NCBI GenBank assembly: GCA_035297265.1
Contig: DATGZH010000007.1
Coordinates: forward strand, 8,085 to 72,084
DNA from: Acidimicrobiales bacterium
Lineage (GTDB): Bacteria; Actinomycetota; Acidimicrobiia; Acidimicrobiales; RAAP-2
Reading direction: 5' to 3'
Length of the DNA stretch: 64,000 nucleotides
Below the pieces are notes generated by a model that saw nothing but the letters and a program-made list of their open reading frames with translations, searched no databases and was not told the DNA's origin. The position numbers and the translations under genes are program-made. Shown in pieces: positions 1 to 8,356 of the stretch (position 1 is its first letter; each line of letters begins with the position of its first letter).

Positions 1-287
1 ACCCGGCGTTCCGGCGGGCCCGCCTCGAGACCCTGCTGGCCGACCACACGGTGCCGCCCGGCGTCGAGCCACCGACCGCACCGGAGGATCCGGTCGAGGG
101 CGAGGAAGCGCCGGCGCCGATCCCCGTGGCCGTGCACGCCTGCTGCGTGCACACCGACGGCTACGGCACGCGGTCGTCGCTGCTGATCGAGGTGGAGGCG
201 GCGCCGGCTGCCCCGCCGGCGCTCCGCTCGGCCGACGGGCCCCCGTGCACCGCCCCCTTCGTCGACGTCGACGAGCTCTGGGGTTAG
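1..287 (+). CDS. hypothetical protein, C-terminal fragment (5' end outside window)
   Basis: Frame 3 is open from the window edge to TAG 285-287 and shows strong third-position GC bias. No family was recognised. Confidence 0.4.
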   Translation, partial: PAFRRARLETLLADHTVPPGVEPPTAPEDPVEGEEAPAPIPVAVHACCVHTDGYGTRSSLLIEVEAAPAAPPALRSADGPPCTAPFVDVDELWG

Positions 288-874
288 GGCTCGACCTTCT
301 CGACCTTGTCGCCCACCCGGACGACGCCCGGCACGACGACCCGGGTGTTCACGCCGCGCAGGCGGAGCTGCCGGCCCTCGGGGGAGTTGACGAAGCGCAG
401 GGCGTCGGTCCCGAAGCGGGCCGAGAACTTGGCGCACCCGGTGTGGGGGTGCTCGCTGATCTCGAGCACGGTCGACCCGACGGCGAGGAGAGAACCTGCA
501 GGGAGGTGGTCGATGCTGATGTCGTAGTCCACGTAGAGCTGGTCCCCGGCGAGGGCCCGGCGGTCGGGGTCGGCGGCGACGAGGGCGGCCACCCGGGCGT
601 TCATGACGGTCACCTGCCGGTCCACCCGCTCGGCGCTGTTGCCCACGGCGTCGGCCCGGGTCCGCCAGGTGTCGCCGATGAGGCCCTCGACCTGGTCGAG
701 CGTCGCCTCGTCCACGAGCTCGCGCTCGTCCGCGGACGGCCGCCGGACGATGAGCTCGAGCCGGCCGTGGTCCGTGGGCGAGCGCCGGATGTCGGGGAGG
801 CCGGCCTCGAGGGCCTGCGGGGACAGGTGCGACACGCAGAAATCATGGCATCCCGGCCGTGGACGCCCGACCAC
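284..874 (-). CDS. MOSC domain-containing protein (YiiM-like)
   Basis: 196-aa ORF whose C-terminal part resembles a MOSC beta-barrel, with the conserved Cys context EHPHTGCAKFSARFG. It begins 10 nt after the P450 stop. The start is GTG 874, with GTG 835 as an alternative. Confidence 0.7.
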   Translation of the reverse strand: MVGRPRPGCHDFCVSHLSPQALEAGLPDIRRSPTDHGRLELIVRRPSADERELVDEATLDQVEGLIGDTWRTRADAVGNSAERVDRQVTVMNARVAALVAADPDRRALAGDQLYVDYDISIDHLPAGSLLAVGSTVLEISEHPHTGCAKFSARFGTDALRFVNSPEGRQLRLRGVNTRVVVPGVVRVGDKVEKVEP

Positions 875-884
875 GTGAGCTCCG

Positions 885-2114
885 TCAGCCGCCCTTCGGG
901 AACTCGAGGGTCAGGTTCCGTACCGAGCGGAGGCCGTCGGAGTAGCGGGGCTTGAAGCCCTCGGGCAGCGAGTAAGCCGGGATGCGGCGGTGCCACTCCC
1001 GGAGGGCCACCCGCAGCTCCTGCCGGGCGAGGTGCGACCCGAGACAACGGTGGATGCCGCCCCCGAAGGCCACGTGGCGGTTGGGGTTGCGGTGGAAGTC
1101 GACGGTCCCGGCCTCCTCGAACTCGTCTTCGTCGGTGTTGGCCGACCCGAGACAGGCGAGGACCGCGTCGCCCCGGTGCACCGGGCAGCCCTGGATCTCG
1201 GCGTTGTCGTGGGCCACCCGGATGATCGTCATGACCGGGGTCTCCCAGCGCAGGAGCTCTTCGACCGCCGAGGGGATGACGGCCGGGTCGTCGACGATCT
1301 CCTGGCGGTGCCCGGGGTGCTCGGCCAGGAACTTGAAGCTGCAGGTGAGCGTGTCGGTGATCGTGTCGAGGCCGGCCAGGATCATGAGGAAGCCGATGTC
1401 CATGATGTCTTCGTCGGTGAGCCGCTCACCCTCGACCTCGGCCACGAGGATCCGCGACAGGAGGTCTTCGCCGAGGGGCTCCGAGCGCCGCTTGGCGAGG
1501 GCCGTCTCGAAGTAGCGGTAGATGCGCTGGCTGTTGGCCTTGCGCTGCTCGAGTTGCTCCTCGGAGGTGCCGCTGGCCCGCTGATGGGTCTCGTTGAGCT
1601 CGAGCAGCAGTTCGAGGTCGTCGAGGGGGAGGCCGAAGAGCCGGAGGAAGATGGTCGACGGCAACGGGATGGCGAACTCGTTGGTGAAGTCCACCTCCCC
1701 CCGGTCGATGAAGCGATCGATGAACAGGTTCACCTGCTCGGTGATCTGGGGCTCGAGCTTGGCCATCTCCCGCGGGGCGAAGAGCGGGTCGAGGAGCTTG
1801 CGGAACTTGAGGTGGTCCGGCGGGTCGATCTGGAGCGGGATCAGCGGGCGGTCGGTGCCGAGCGGCGCCGCCTCCATGCCCGAGGAGAACACCTCGGGGT
1901 TGCGCAGGGCGTCGTCGAGGGCCTTCCTCGTCGTGGTCTGCACGGCGCCGGGGACGACGAGCACGGGCCGACGGGCCCGCATGCGGGCGTAGTGCGGCTG
2001 GGGGTACTCCAGGAAGTCCTGGCCCACGCCGCCGAAGGTCAGGAGGTCGGCGTCACCGAATTCGCCCCCGCCGTCGGTCGACGTGTCGCTGTCGGACCTG
2101 GTCGTCATCGTCAC
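885..2114 (-). CDS. cytochrome P450
   Basis: It has the I-helix AGLDT, ExxR (EELLRWETP) and the heme-thiolate loop FGGGIHRCLGSHLA. It is a paralogue of the P450 at 31622-32824. The start is GTG 2114 or ATG 2108. Confidence 0.9.
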   Translation of the reverse strand: MTMTTRSDSDTSTDGGGEFGDADLLTFGGVGQDFLEYPQPHYARMRARRPVLVVPGAVQTTTRKALDDALRNPEVFSSGMEAAPLGTDRPLIPLQIDPPDHLKFRKLLDPLFAPREMAKLEPQITEQVNLFIDRFIDRGEVDFTNEFAIPLPSTIFLRLFGLPLDDLELLLELNETHQRASGTSEEQLEQRKANSQRIYRYFETALAKRRSEPLGEDLLSRILVAEVEGERLTDEDIMDIGFLMILAGLDTITDTLTCSFKFLAEHPGHRQEIVDDPAVIPSAVEELLRWETPVMTIIRVAHDNAEIQGCPVHRGDAVLACLGSANTDEDEFEEAGTVDFHRNPNRHVAFGGGIHRCLGSHLARQELRVALREWHRRIPAYSLPEGFKPRYSDGLRSVRNLTLEFPKGG

Positions 2115-2225
2115 CCCCGGGGCTCGGCGCCGGCGGCGCCCGGTCCGGTCATCTTAAAGGCGGTCCCCCCTGGCGACCGGAGCCACCCGGCCCGGACCGG
2201 CGGCACGGCACGCCGATCCCTTAGG

Positions 2226-2231
2226 TAGTCT
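2226..2231 (+). promoter_or_regulatory. candidate -10 hexamer (TAGTCT) for a leaderless MarR mRNA
   Basis: A TANNNT hexamer lies exactly 6 nt upstream of the GTG start at 2238. No Shine-Dalgarno sequence is present, and this is an AT-rich patch in otherwise GC-rich DNA. Confidence 0.35.
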
Positions 2232-2237
2232 AACTAT

Positions 2238-2702
2238 GTGGCTCTCAAACAGCTCCGGGACGAGCGCGTCCGCTCGGTGGCCGAATCGGCCGCCTGGCTG
2301 GCCAAACAGGCCGAGATCGCCCTCGGCCAGGTCGACCTCTCCCTCCCCCAGTACCGGCTGCTCGGGCTGCTGGCGGAGGGCTCGGCCATCTCGAAGGCCC
2401 TCGCCGACCGGCTTGACGTCCGGCCGCCGAGCGTCACCGCCCTCGTCGACGGGATGGTGGCGAGGGGGCTGATCGAGCGGCGCCACGCGGTCGACGACCG
2501 CCGGCAGGTGTCCCACGTCCTCACGAAAGAGGGGACCCGGGTCCTCGGCCGGGCCGACGACGTGGTCCACACCCGGCTGACGATGATCGCCGGCAGCCTG
2601 CCCGACGAGGAGGCCCAGCTCCTCGAGAGCCTCTCCCGATGGGGTGTCGCCCTGAGCGCCTACCACGCGGCGCGGATCGCGGCCAAGGCGGCGGCCAAGT
2701 GA
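2238..2702 (+). CDS. MarR family transcriptional regulator
   Basis: 154 aa with a winged-helix region LPQYRLLGLLAEGSAISKALADRLDVRPPSVTALVDGMVARGLIERR. It is divergent from the P450, and its stop overlaps the start of the next gene (GTGA). Confidence 0.85.
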   Translation: MALKQLRDERVRSVAESAAWLAKQAEIALGQVDLSLPQYRLLGLLAEGSAISKALADRLDVRPPSVTALVDGMVARGLIERRHAVDDRRQVSHVLTKEGTRVLGRADDVVHTRLTMIAGSLPDEEAQLLESLSRWGVALSAYHAARIAAKAAAK

Positions 2703-4747
2703 AGACGCCGCTCCTGTCGAGGGGCCCGAGTCAGCCACCGCCCGACCCCGAGTCCGGCTCGCCGTTCCTCCCCGGCGCCGAGCCCTCCCGCTACGAGGCG
2801 CCTCGGGCGACCATCGACCCCGACCCGACCAAGAGTTGGCTACAGCGGGCGAAGCCCATCGTCTTCGCCCACAAGAGGATCTTCCTCACGTCGCTCATCC
2901 TGGCGTTCGTCGGCCTCGTCATCCAGGTCGAGATTCCCTATGTCCTGAACAACGCCATCAACAACGCCATCGTCGGGCACAAGGTGCTCGGCGTCGTGCA
3001 CAAGTCGGCGCTCGGCCCCTACGTCATGGTGCTCGTGATCCTGGCTCTCGTCGGCGGCGTCACGGGCTACATCTCCCGCAAGTACATGTTCAAGACGGCC
3101 TACGCCATCGAGTTCGACCTCCGGAACATCATCTACGAGCACCTGACGAAGATGTCGTTCCCGTTCTACGACCGCGTGCAGTCCGGACAGCTCATCTCCC
3201 GGGCCAACTCCGACATCCGCTCGGTGCAGATGTACCTCACGTTCGCGCCGATGATCCTCGTGCAGTGCAGCATCGCCGTCGTGGCCTTCGGCTTCATGCT
3301 CTCGCTCAGCGTGCCGTTGGCCTTCGTGGCCATGATCCCGATGCCGTTCGTCTTCGTCACCGGCTGGCGGATGCGCCAGTCGATGTTCCCGGTGTCCTGG
3401 CTCATCCAGGCCCGCCTGGCCAATGTGGCCACCATCGTCGACGAGAACATCAACGGCGTCCGGGTCGTGAGGTCCTTCGCCGCCGAGCAGCAGCAGCTCT
3501 CCTCGCTGGCCCGTGAGGCCGACAAGGTCCAATGGAGCTACGTGAAGGACGCCGACCTGCGGGCCCGCTGGACGCCGGCCATGCAGAACCTCCCGCAGCT
3601 GGGGCTGGCCCTCGTGCTCCTGGTCGGGGGGTGGCTGGTCATCCACGGCGAGCTCCAGGTCGGGGCGATGGCCGCCTTCCCGGCCTACATGCTGATGATG
3701 CAGATCCCCTTCATGATGCTCGGGATGATCATCATGATGGGTCAGCGGGCCGCGGCCTCGGCCGGACGCATCTACGAGGTGCTCGACGAGAAGCCCACCG
3801 TGGTCGACCGGCCGGGCGCCGTCGACCTCGTCACGTGCGAGGGCGACGTCAGCTTCGACTCGGTCGACTTCGCCTACGGCGAGAACCAACCCATGATCCT
3901 CTCCGGCCTCGACCTGCACCTGCGGCCGGGCGAGACCGTGGCCCTGGTCGGGCGCACCGGTTCGGGCAAGTCCACCGTGGCCCGCCTGCTCCCCCGCTTC
4001 TACGACGTCACGGGGGGCAAGATCCTGGTCGACGGACAGGACGTGCGGAACCTCACCCTGGCCAGCCTCCGCTCGCACATCGGCATCGTCCTCGACGAGC
4101 CGTTCCTCTTCTCGATCTCGATCCGGGACAACATCGCCTACGGCCGGCCCGACGCCGACCTCGCCGACGTCGAGGCGGCGGCCAAGGCGGCCGGGGCGGA
4201 CGAGTTCATCCGGGACCTCCCGGAGGGCTACGACGCCGTGGTCGGCGAGCGCGGTTACACGCTGTCCGGCGGGCAGCGCCAGCGGCTGTCCATCGCCCGG
4301 ACCCTCCTCGTCAACCCGCAGATCCTCGTCTTCGACGACGCGACGAGCGCCATCGACGTCCAGGTGGAGCTCCAAATCCACGACTCGCTGCGCAAGCTGA
4401 TGGAGGGGCGGACCACGCTCATCATCGCCCACCGCCTCTCCACTATCGGCCTGGCCGACCGGGTGGTCCTGCTCGACGAGGGCCACATCGTGGCCGACGG
4501 GACCCACGCCGAGCTCCTGGCGACCACCCCGCTCTACGCCGAGGTGCTGGCCCAGGCCGAGCAGGCCGAGCGGGCCGCCCGGGACGCGATGGCGCGCGAG
4601 GCCGAGCGCATCGTCCACCACGAGCCGGGCCGCGTCGGGAACGGCCACGTGCCCACCGACAACGGCGCCAGCCGCACCGACCCCGGCGACCCCTTCGACG
4701 AGGGCGGTCTCCTCGACGACCCCCTCGAGGACGGGGAGGCGTACTGA
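2699..4747 (+). CDS. ABC exporter, fused permease/ATPase (type I exporter half-transporter 1)
   Basis: The N-terminal region is a multi-TM domain. It carries Walker A GRTGSGKST, signature LSGGQRQRLSIAR, Walker B ILVFDDATSAID and H-loop IIAHRL. GTG 2699 overlaps the MarR stop, so the track start at 2639 is probably too early. Confidence 0.9.
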   Translation: MKTPLLSRGPSQPPPDPESGSPFLPGAEPSRYEAPRATIDPDPTKSWLQRAKPIVFAHKRIFLTSLILAFVGLVIQVEIPYVLNNAINNAIVGHKVLGVVHKSALGPYVMVLVILALVGGVTGYISRKYMFKTAYAIEFDLRNIIYEHLTKMSFPFYDRVQSGQLISRANSDIRSVQMYLTFAPMILVQCSIAVVAFGFMLSLSVPLAFVAMIPMPFVFVTGWRMRQSMFPVSWLIQARLANVATIVDENINGVRVVRSFAAEQQQLSSLAREADKVQWSYVKDADLRARWTPAMQNLPQLGLALVLLVGGWLVIHGELQVGAMAAFPAYMLMMQIPFMMLGMIIMMGQRAAASAGRIYEVLDEKPTVVDRPGAVDLVTCEGDVSFDSVDFAYGENQPMILSGLDLHLRPGETVALVGRTGSGKSTVARLLPRFYDVTGGKILVDGQDVRNLTLASLRSHIGIVLDEPFLFSISIRDNIAYGRPDADLADVEAAAKAAGADEFIRDLPEGYDAVVGERGYTLSGGQRQRLSIARTLLVNPQILVFDDATSAIDVQVELQIHDSLRKLMEGRTTLIIAHRLSTIGLADRVVLLDEGHIVADGTHAELLATTPLYAEVLAQAEQAERAARDAMAREAERIVHHEPGRVGNGHVPTDNGASRTDPGDPFDEGGLLDDPLEDGEAY

Positions 4748-6693
4748 TGGCCTGGGGCGGCATGGGCGGCGGCTTCGTAGGCTCGGCGGCCGGACAGTCC
4801 GCCGCGGCGGGCCTGCCCTTCGGCGGCATCCCCTCCGAGCTGCAGAAGGGCGTCGACGAGCTCCTCGACGAGGAGCCCGAGCACGGCGAGCCGGACGTCA
4901 CCTTCACGCAGGTCGTCCCGCCGTCGGACCGGCGCACGCTGACGCTCTGGCGGTTGCTCTCCGAGTACCCCGGGATGCTCGTCCTCGCGGGCATCCTCAT
5001 CATGATCATCGCCTTCACGATGCAGCTCGGTCCGAAGTTCACCGAGTACGCCATCAACAACGGGATGATCCCGCACCACGAGAACTTCAGTGCCGTGGTG
5101 ATGGCCTCGATCGGCTACCTGCTCGCCGTGGGCATCACCGCCATCTGCCAGCGCTTCCAGGTGCAGGTCTCCGGGCGCATCGCCGCCTGGGTCATGAACG
5201 ACCTGCGGAACCGGGTCTTCGCCCACCTCCAGCGGATGTCGCTCGACTTCTTCACCGCCGAGAAGGCGGGCGTGATCATGACCCGCATGACGAGCGACAT
5301 CGAGAACCTCCAGCAGCTGCTGCAGGACGGCCTCTCGCAGTTCGCCATCCAGATCCTCACGATGATCTGGGTCACGATCTTCATGTTCACGACGAACGTG
5401 CGGCTCTCCGCCATCACGCTCACCCTCGTCCTCCCCCCGCTCCTCATCAGCTCGGTGTGGTTCCACCGGGCCTCCAACCGGGGCTACGACAAGGTGCGCG
5501 ACGGCATTGCCAAGGTGCTGTCCGACCTCTCCGAGAGCCTCTCGGGTGTGCGGATCGTGGCCGCCTTCAACCGGCAGCGGCGCAACGTCGTCCACCACCG
5601 CAACGTGGTCGGCGAGTACAAGGACGCCAACGACTACACCGCCGAGGTCAACGCCCGCTACGGGCCCGGGACCCAGATGCTCGGCTGGCTCGGCCAGGCG
5701 ATCATCCTCGCCGTCGGGGGCACGATGGTGGTCCACCACGAGCTCACGCCGGGCGCCCTCATCGCCTTCTTCTTGTACCTCAACCGGTTCTTCCAGCCGA
5801 TCCAGATGCTCACCCAGCAGTACAACGTCTTCCAGCAGGGCCAGTCGTCCATCTTCAAGCTGCGCACGCTCTTCGAGACCGACCCGAGCGTGCCCGAGGC
5901 CGAGGACGCCGAGGAGCTGCCGCCGGTCGAGGGCGAGATCGTGTTCGAGGACGTCAGCTTCGGCTACGACCCCGAGCTGCCGGTCCTCCACGACGTGAAC
6001 CTGCGCATCGCTCCGGGTGAGACCGTGGCCTTCGTCGGCCCGACCGGGGCCGGCAAGTCCACGATGGCCAAGCTGGTGACCCGCTTCTACGACCCGACCG
6101 AGGGTCGGGTGCTCATCGACGGCCACGACCTGCGGCACGTGACCTTCGCCTCGCTGCGGCGCCAGCTCGGGGTGGTGCCCCAAGAGCCCTTCCTCTTCGC
6201 CGGGACCATCCGGGACAACGTGGCCTTCGCCCGACCCGAGGCCGACGTGGACGAGGTGTGGGAGGCGGTGCGCCGCGTCGGCCTCGTCGAGGTGGTCGAG
6301 CGGCTCCCGAACCAGTTGGACACGGTGGTCCACGAACGGGGGCAGTCCCTCTCGTCGGGCGAGCGGCAGCTGATCGCCCTCGCCCGGGCCTTCCTCGCCC
6401 ATCCCCGGGTCCTCGTGCTCGACGAGGCCACCTCGAACCTCGACCTTTTGTCGGAGACGAAGATCGAGGCGGCCCTCGACGTCCTCCTCGAGGCGCGCAC
6501 GGCGGTGCTCATCGCCCACCGCCTGTCGACGGCGATGCGGGCCGACCGCATCGTGGTCGTCGACGAAGGTCGGCTGGTCGAGATGGGCAGCCACGACGAG
6601 CTGGTGGCCCTCGGTGGCCGCTACGCCGAGATGTACGAGACCTGGATCAGCCAGGCCGAGACCGAGCAGCCCACCGCGGGCCCGAAGCGCTGA
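4747..6693 (+). CDS. ABC exporter, fused permease/ATPase (half-transporter 2)
   Basis: ATG 4747 shares one base with the upstream TGA. It has a TM domain followed by Walker A GPTGAGKST, signature LSSGERQLIALAR and Walker B VLVLDEATSNLD. Track ORF 3532-6693 has a spurious N-terminal extension. Confidence 0.9.
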   Translation: MAWGGMGGGFVGSAAGQSAAAGLPFGGIPSELQKGVDELLDEEPEHGEPDVTFTQVVPPSDRRTLTLWRLLSEYPGMLVLAGILIMIIAFTMQLGPKFTEYAINNGMIPHHENFSAVVMASIGYLLAVGITAICQRFQVQVSGRIAAWVMNDLRNRVFAHLQRMSLDFFTAEKAGVIMTRMTSDIENLQQLLQDGLSQFAIQILTMIWVTIFMFTTNVRLSAITLTLVLPPLLISSVWFHRASNRGYDKVRDGIAKVLSDLSESLSGVRIVAAFNRQRRNVVHHRNVVGEYKDANDYTAEVNARYGPGTQMLGWLGQAIILAVGGTMVVHHELTPGALIAFFLYLNRFFQPIQMLTQQYNVFQQGQSSIFKLRTLFETDPSVPEAEDAEELPPVEGEIVFEDVSFGYDPELPVLHDVNLRIAPGETVAFVGPTGAGKSTMAKLVTRFYDPTEGRVLIDGHDLRHVTFASLRRQLGVVPQEPFLFAGTIRDNVAFARPEADVDEVWEAVRRVGLVEVVERLPNQLDTVVHERGQSLSSGERQLIALARAFLAHPRVLVLDEATSNLDLLSETKIEAALDVLLEARTAVLIAHRLSTAMRADRIVVVDEGRLVEMGSHDELVALGGRYAEMYETWISQAETEQPTAGPKR

Positions 6694-6716
6694 CCGGCGC
6701 CGGTCGGCCGGCGAGA

Positions 6717-7433
6717 TCAGGAAGCGGCGGTGTGCGCGGCCTCGCCGAGGTAGCGGTCCAGCACCTCCTGGTGGGCCTCCGAGGAGGCGCCCGCCCAGCC
6801 GACGCGGCCGCGGTTGAGGATCATGCAGTTGTCGGCGAAGGCCAACGCCCGGTGGACGAACTGCTCGATGAGGACGATCGTGATGCCGCTCTCCCTGGCC
6901 TTTTGGAGGCTGTCGAAGACCGCCTCGGCGACCATCGGGGCCAGGCCGAGCGACATCTCGTCGGCGATGATCAGCTTCGGCGTCACGGCCAGGGCCCGGC
7001 CGAGGGCCAGCATCTGCTGCTCACCGCCCGAGAGGCTCCCCGCCCGCTGCTGGCGGCGGACGCCGAGCACCGGGAACAGCTGCATCGCCCGGTCGATGGC
7101 CTCGGCCCGGCCACTGCGCTTCACGTCGACCACCGCCATCCGGAGGTTCTCGATCACGGAGAGGCCGGGGAAGATGCCCCGGCCCTCCGGGATGTAGTTG
7201 AGGCCGCGCCGGCGGATCTTGTGGGCGGCGAGCTTGGTGATGTCCTCGCCGTCGAAGACCACCTTGCCGGCGCTCGCCGCAACGAGGCCGGAGACCTTGC
7301 GGGCGAGCGTGCTCTTGCCGGCACCGTTGGCCCCGAGCACGGCGAGGGCCGAGCCCGCCCTGACCTCGAGGCGCACGCCGAAGAGCGCCTGGGAGGGCCC
7401 GTAGCGGACGTCGAGGTCGCTCACCGTGAGCAT
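6717..7433 (-). CDS. Liv-type ABC importer ATPase (LivF-like)
   Basis: It has Walker A GANGAGKST, signature LSGGEQQMLALGR and Walker B LIIADEMSLGLAP. ATG 7433 is preceded by GGAGGG. The alternative GTG 7472 would overlap the LivG-like stop. Confidence 0.85.
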   Translation of the reverse strand: MLTVSDLDVRYGPSQALFGVRLEVRAGSALAVLGANGAGKSTLARKVSGLVAASAGKVVFDGEDITKLAAHKIRRRGLNYIPEGRGIFPGLSVIENLRMAVVDVKRSGRAEAIDRAMQLFPVLGVRRQQRAGSLSGGEQQMLALGRALAVTPKLIIADEMSLGLAPMVAEAVFDSLQKARESGITIVLIEQFVHRALAFADNCMILNRGRVGWAGASSEAHQEVLDRYLGEAAHTAAS

Positions 7434-7468
7434 GACGTCGCCCTCCGGTTCGCCGCCCTCGGGACTGC

Positions 7469-8356
7469 TCACTCCCCGGCCCCCTCGGGCCCGGTGGTCG
7501 ACTCGACCGCGGGGTGGGGCGTGGCGACCGCACCGTTGCGGGCCGGCGGGGCCGTGGCCACCGCGTCGTCGTCGCCGAGGTAGGCGGCCCGCACGGCCGG
7601 GTCGGCCCGGACCTCCTCGGCGCTGCCCTCGGCGATCAGCTGGCCGAAGTCGAGCACGTAGATCTTCGAGGAGAGAGCGAGCACCGAGGCCACGTCGTGC
7701 TCGACCATGAGGAGCGACACCTCGTGGTCCGGGTTGTCCACCACCCTCTGGAAGGACTCGGAGAGCTGCTCGGACTCGTGGAGGTCGAGGCCAGAGAGCG
7801 GCTCGTCGAGTAGGACGACGCTCGGCCCGGTCGCCAGGGCGCGGCCGATCTCGACCAGCCGGGACATGCCGAGGGGGAGCACGGCCACCGGCGTGCGGGC
7901 GATCTTGGTCAGGTCGAGCAGCTCGAGCAGCGCCTCGACCGCCTCGGTCTCCTCCTTCGGCGGGGGGAAGACGGCGCGGAAGTCGATGAGGTCACGCCAG
8001 AGCCGGTGACGCTCGTTGCGCACCCGATAGCCGAGCACCAGGTGCTCGCGGACCGTGAGGCCCAAGAACAGCTCGGGCTGCTGGAAGGTGCGGGCCAGGC
8101 CCTTGCGGGCCCTCGCCATCGGCGTGGCCGACGTGACGTCCTCACCCTTGATGAAGACCCGGCCCTTCTCCGGGCGGAGCAGGCCGGAGAGGACGCCGAA
8201 CAACGTGCTCTTGCCGGCGCCGTTGGGGCCGACGAGCCCGACGATCGTGCCCGACGGCACCTTGATCGCCACGTCGGACAGGGCGACCAGCCCGCCGAAG
8301 CGCACCGTGACCTCGGTCGCCGCGAGGACCGGCGGACTGGGGGCCTCGGTCGTCAC
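7469..8356 (-). CDS. Liv-type ABC importer ATPase (LivG-like)
   Basis: It has Walker A GPNGAGKST and Walker B VVLLDEPLSGLD. GTG 8356 is preceded by GGAGG and overlaps the permease stop (GTGA). Track ORF 7469-9802 over-extends the gene. Confidence 0.85.
   Translation of the reverse strand: MTTEAPSPPVLAATEVTVRFGGLVALSDVAIKVPSGTIVGLVGPNGAGKSTLFGVLSGLLRPEKGRVFIKGEDVTSATPMARARKGLARTFQQPELFLGLTVREHLVLGYRVRNERHRLWRDLIDFRAVFPPPKEETEAVEALLELLDLTKIARTPVAVLPLGMSRLVEIGRALATGPSVVLLDEPLSGLDLHESEQLSESFQRVVDNPDHEVSLLMVEHDVASVLALSSKIYVLDFGQLIAEGSAEEVRADPAVRAAYLGDDDAVATAPPARNGAVATPHPAVESTTGPEGAGE

Noticed and set aside
3532-4746. N-terminal 405 aa of track ORF 3532-6693, and likewise the N-terminal parts of 7469-9802, 16869-19334, 22387-25083, 31622-33622, 35039-37498 and 52328-54640.
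   Set aside because: These extensions overlap the preceding, well-supported gene in another frame. Recognisable homology begins only at an internal start that abuts or overlaps the upstream stop.
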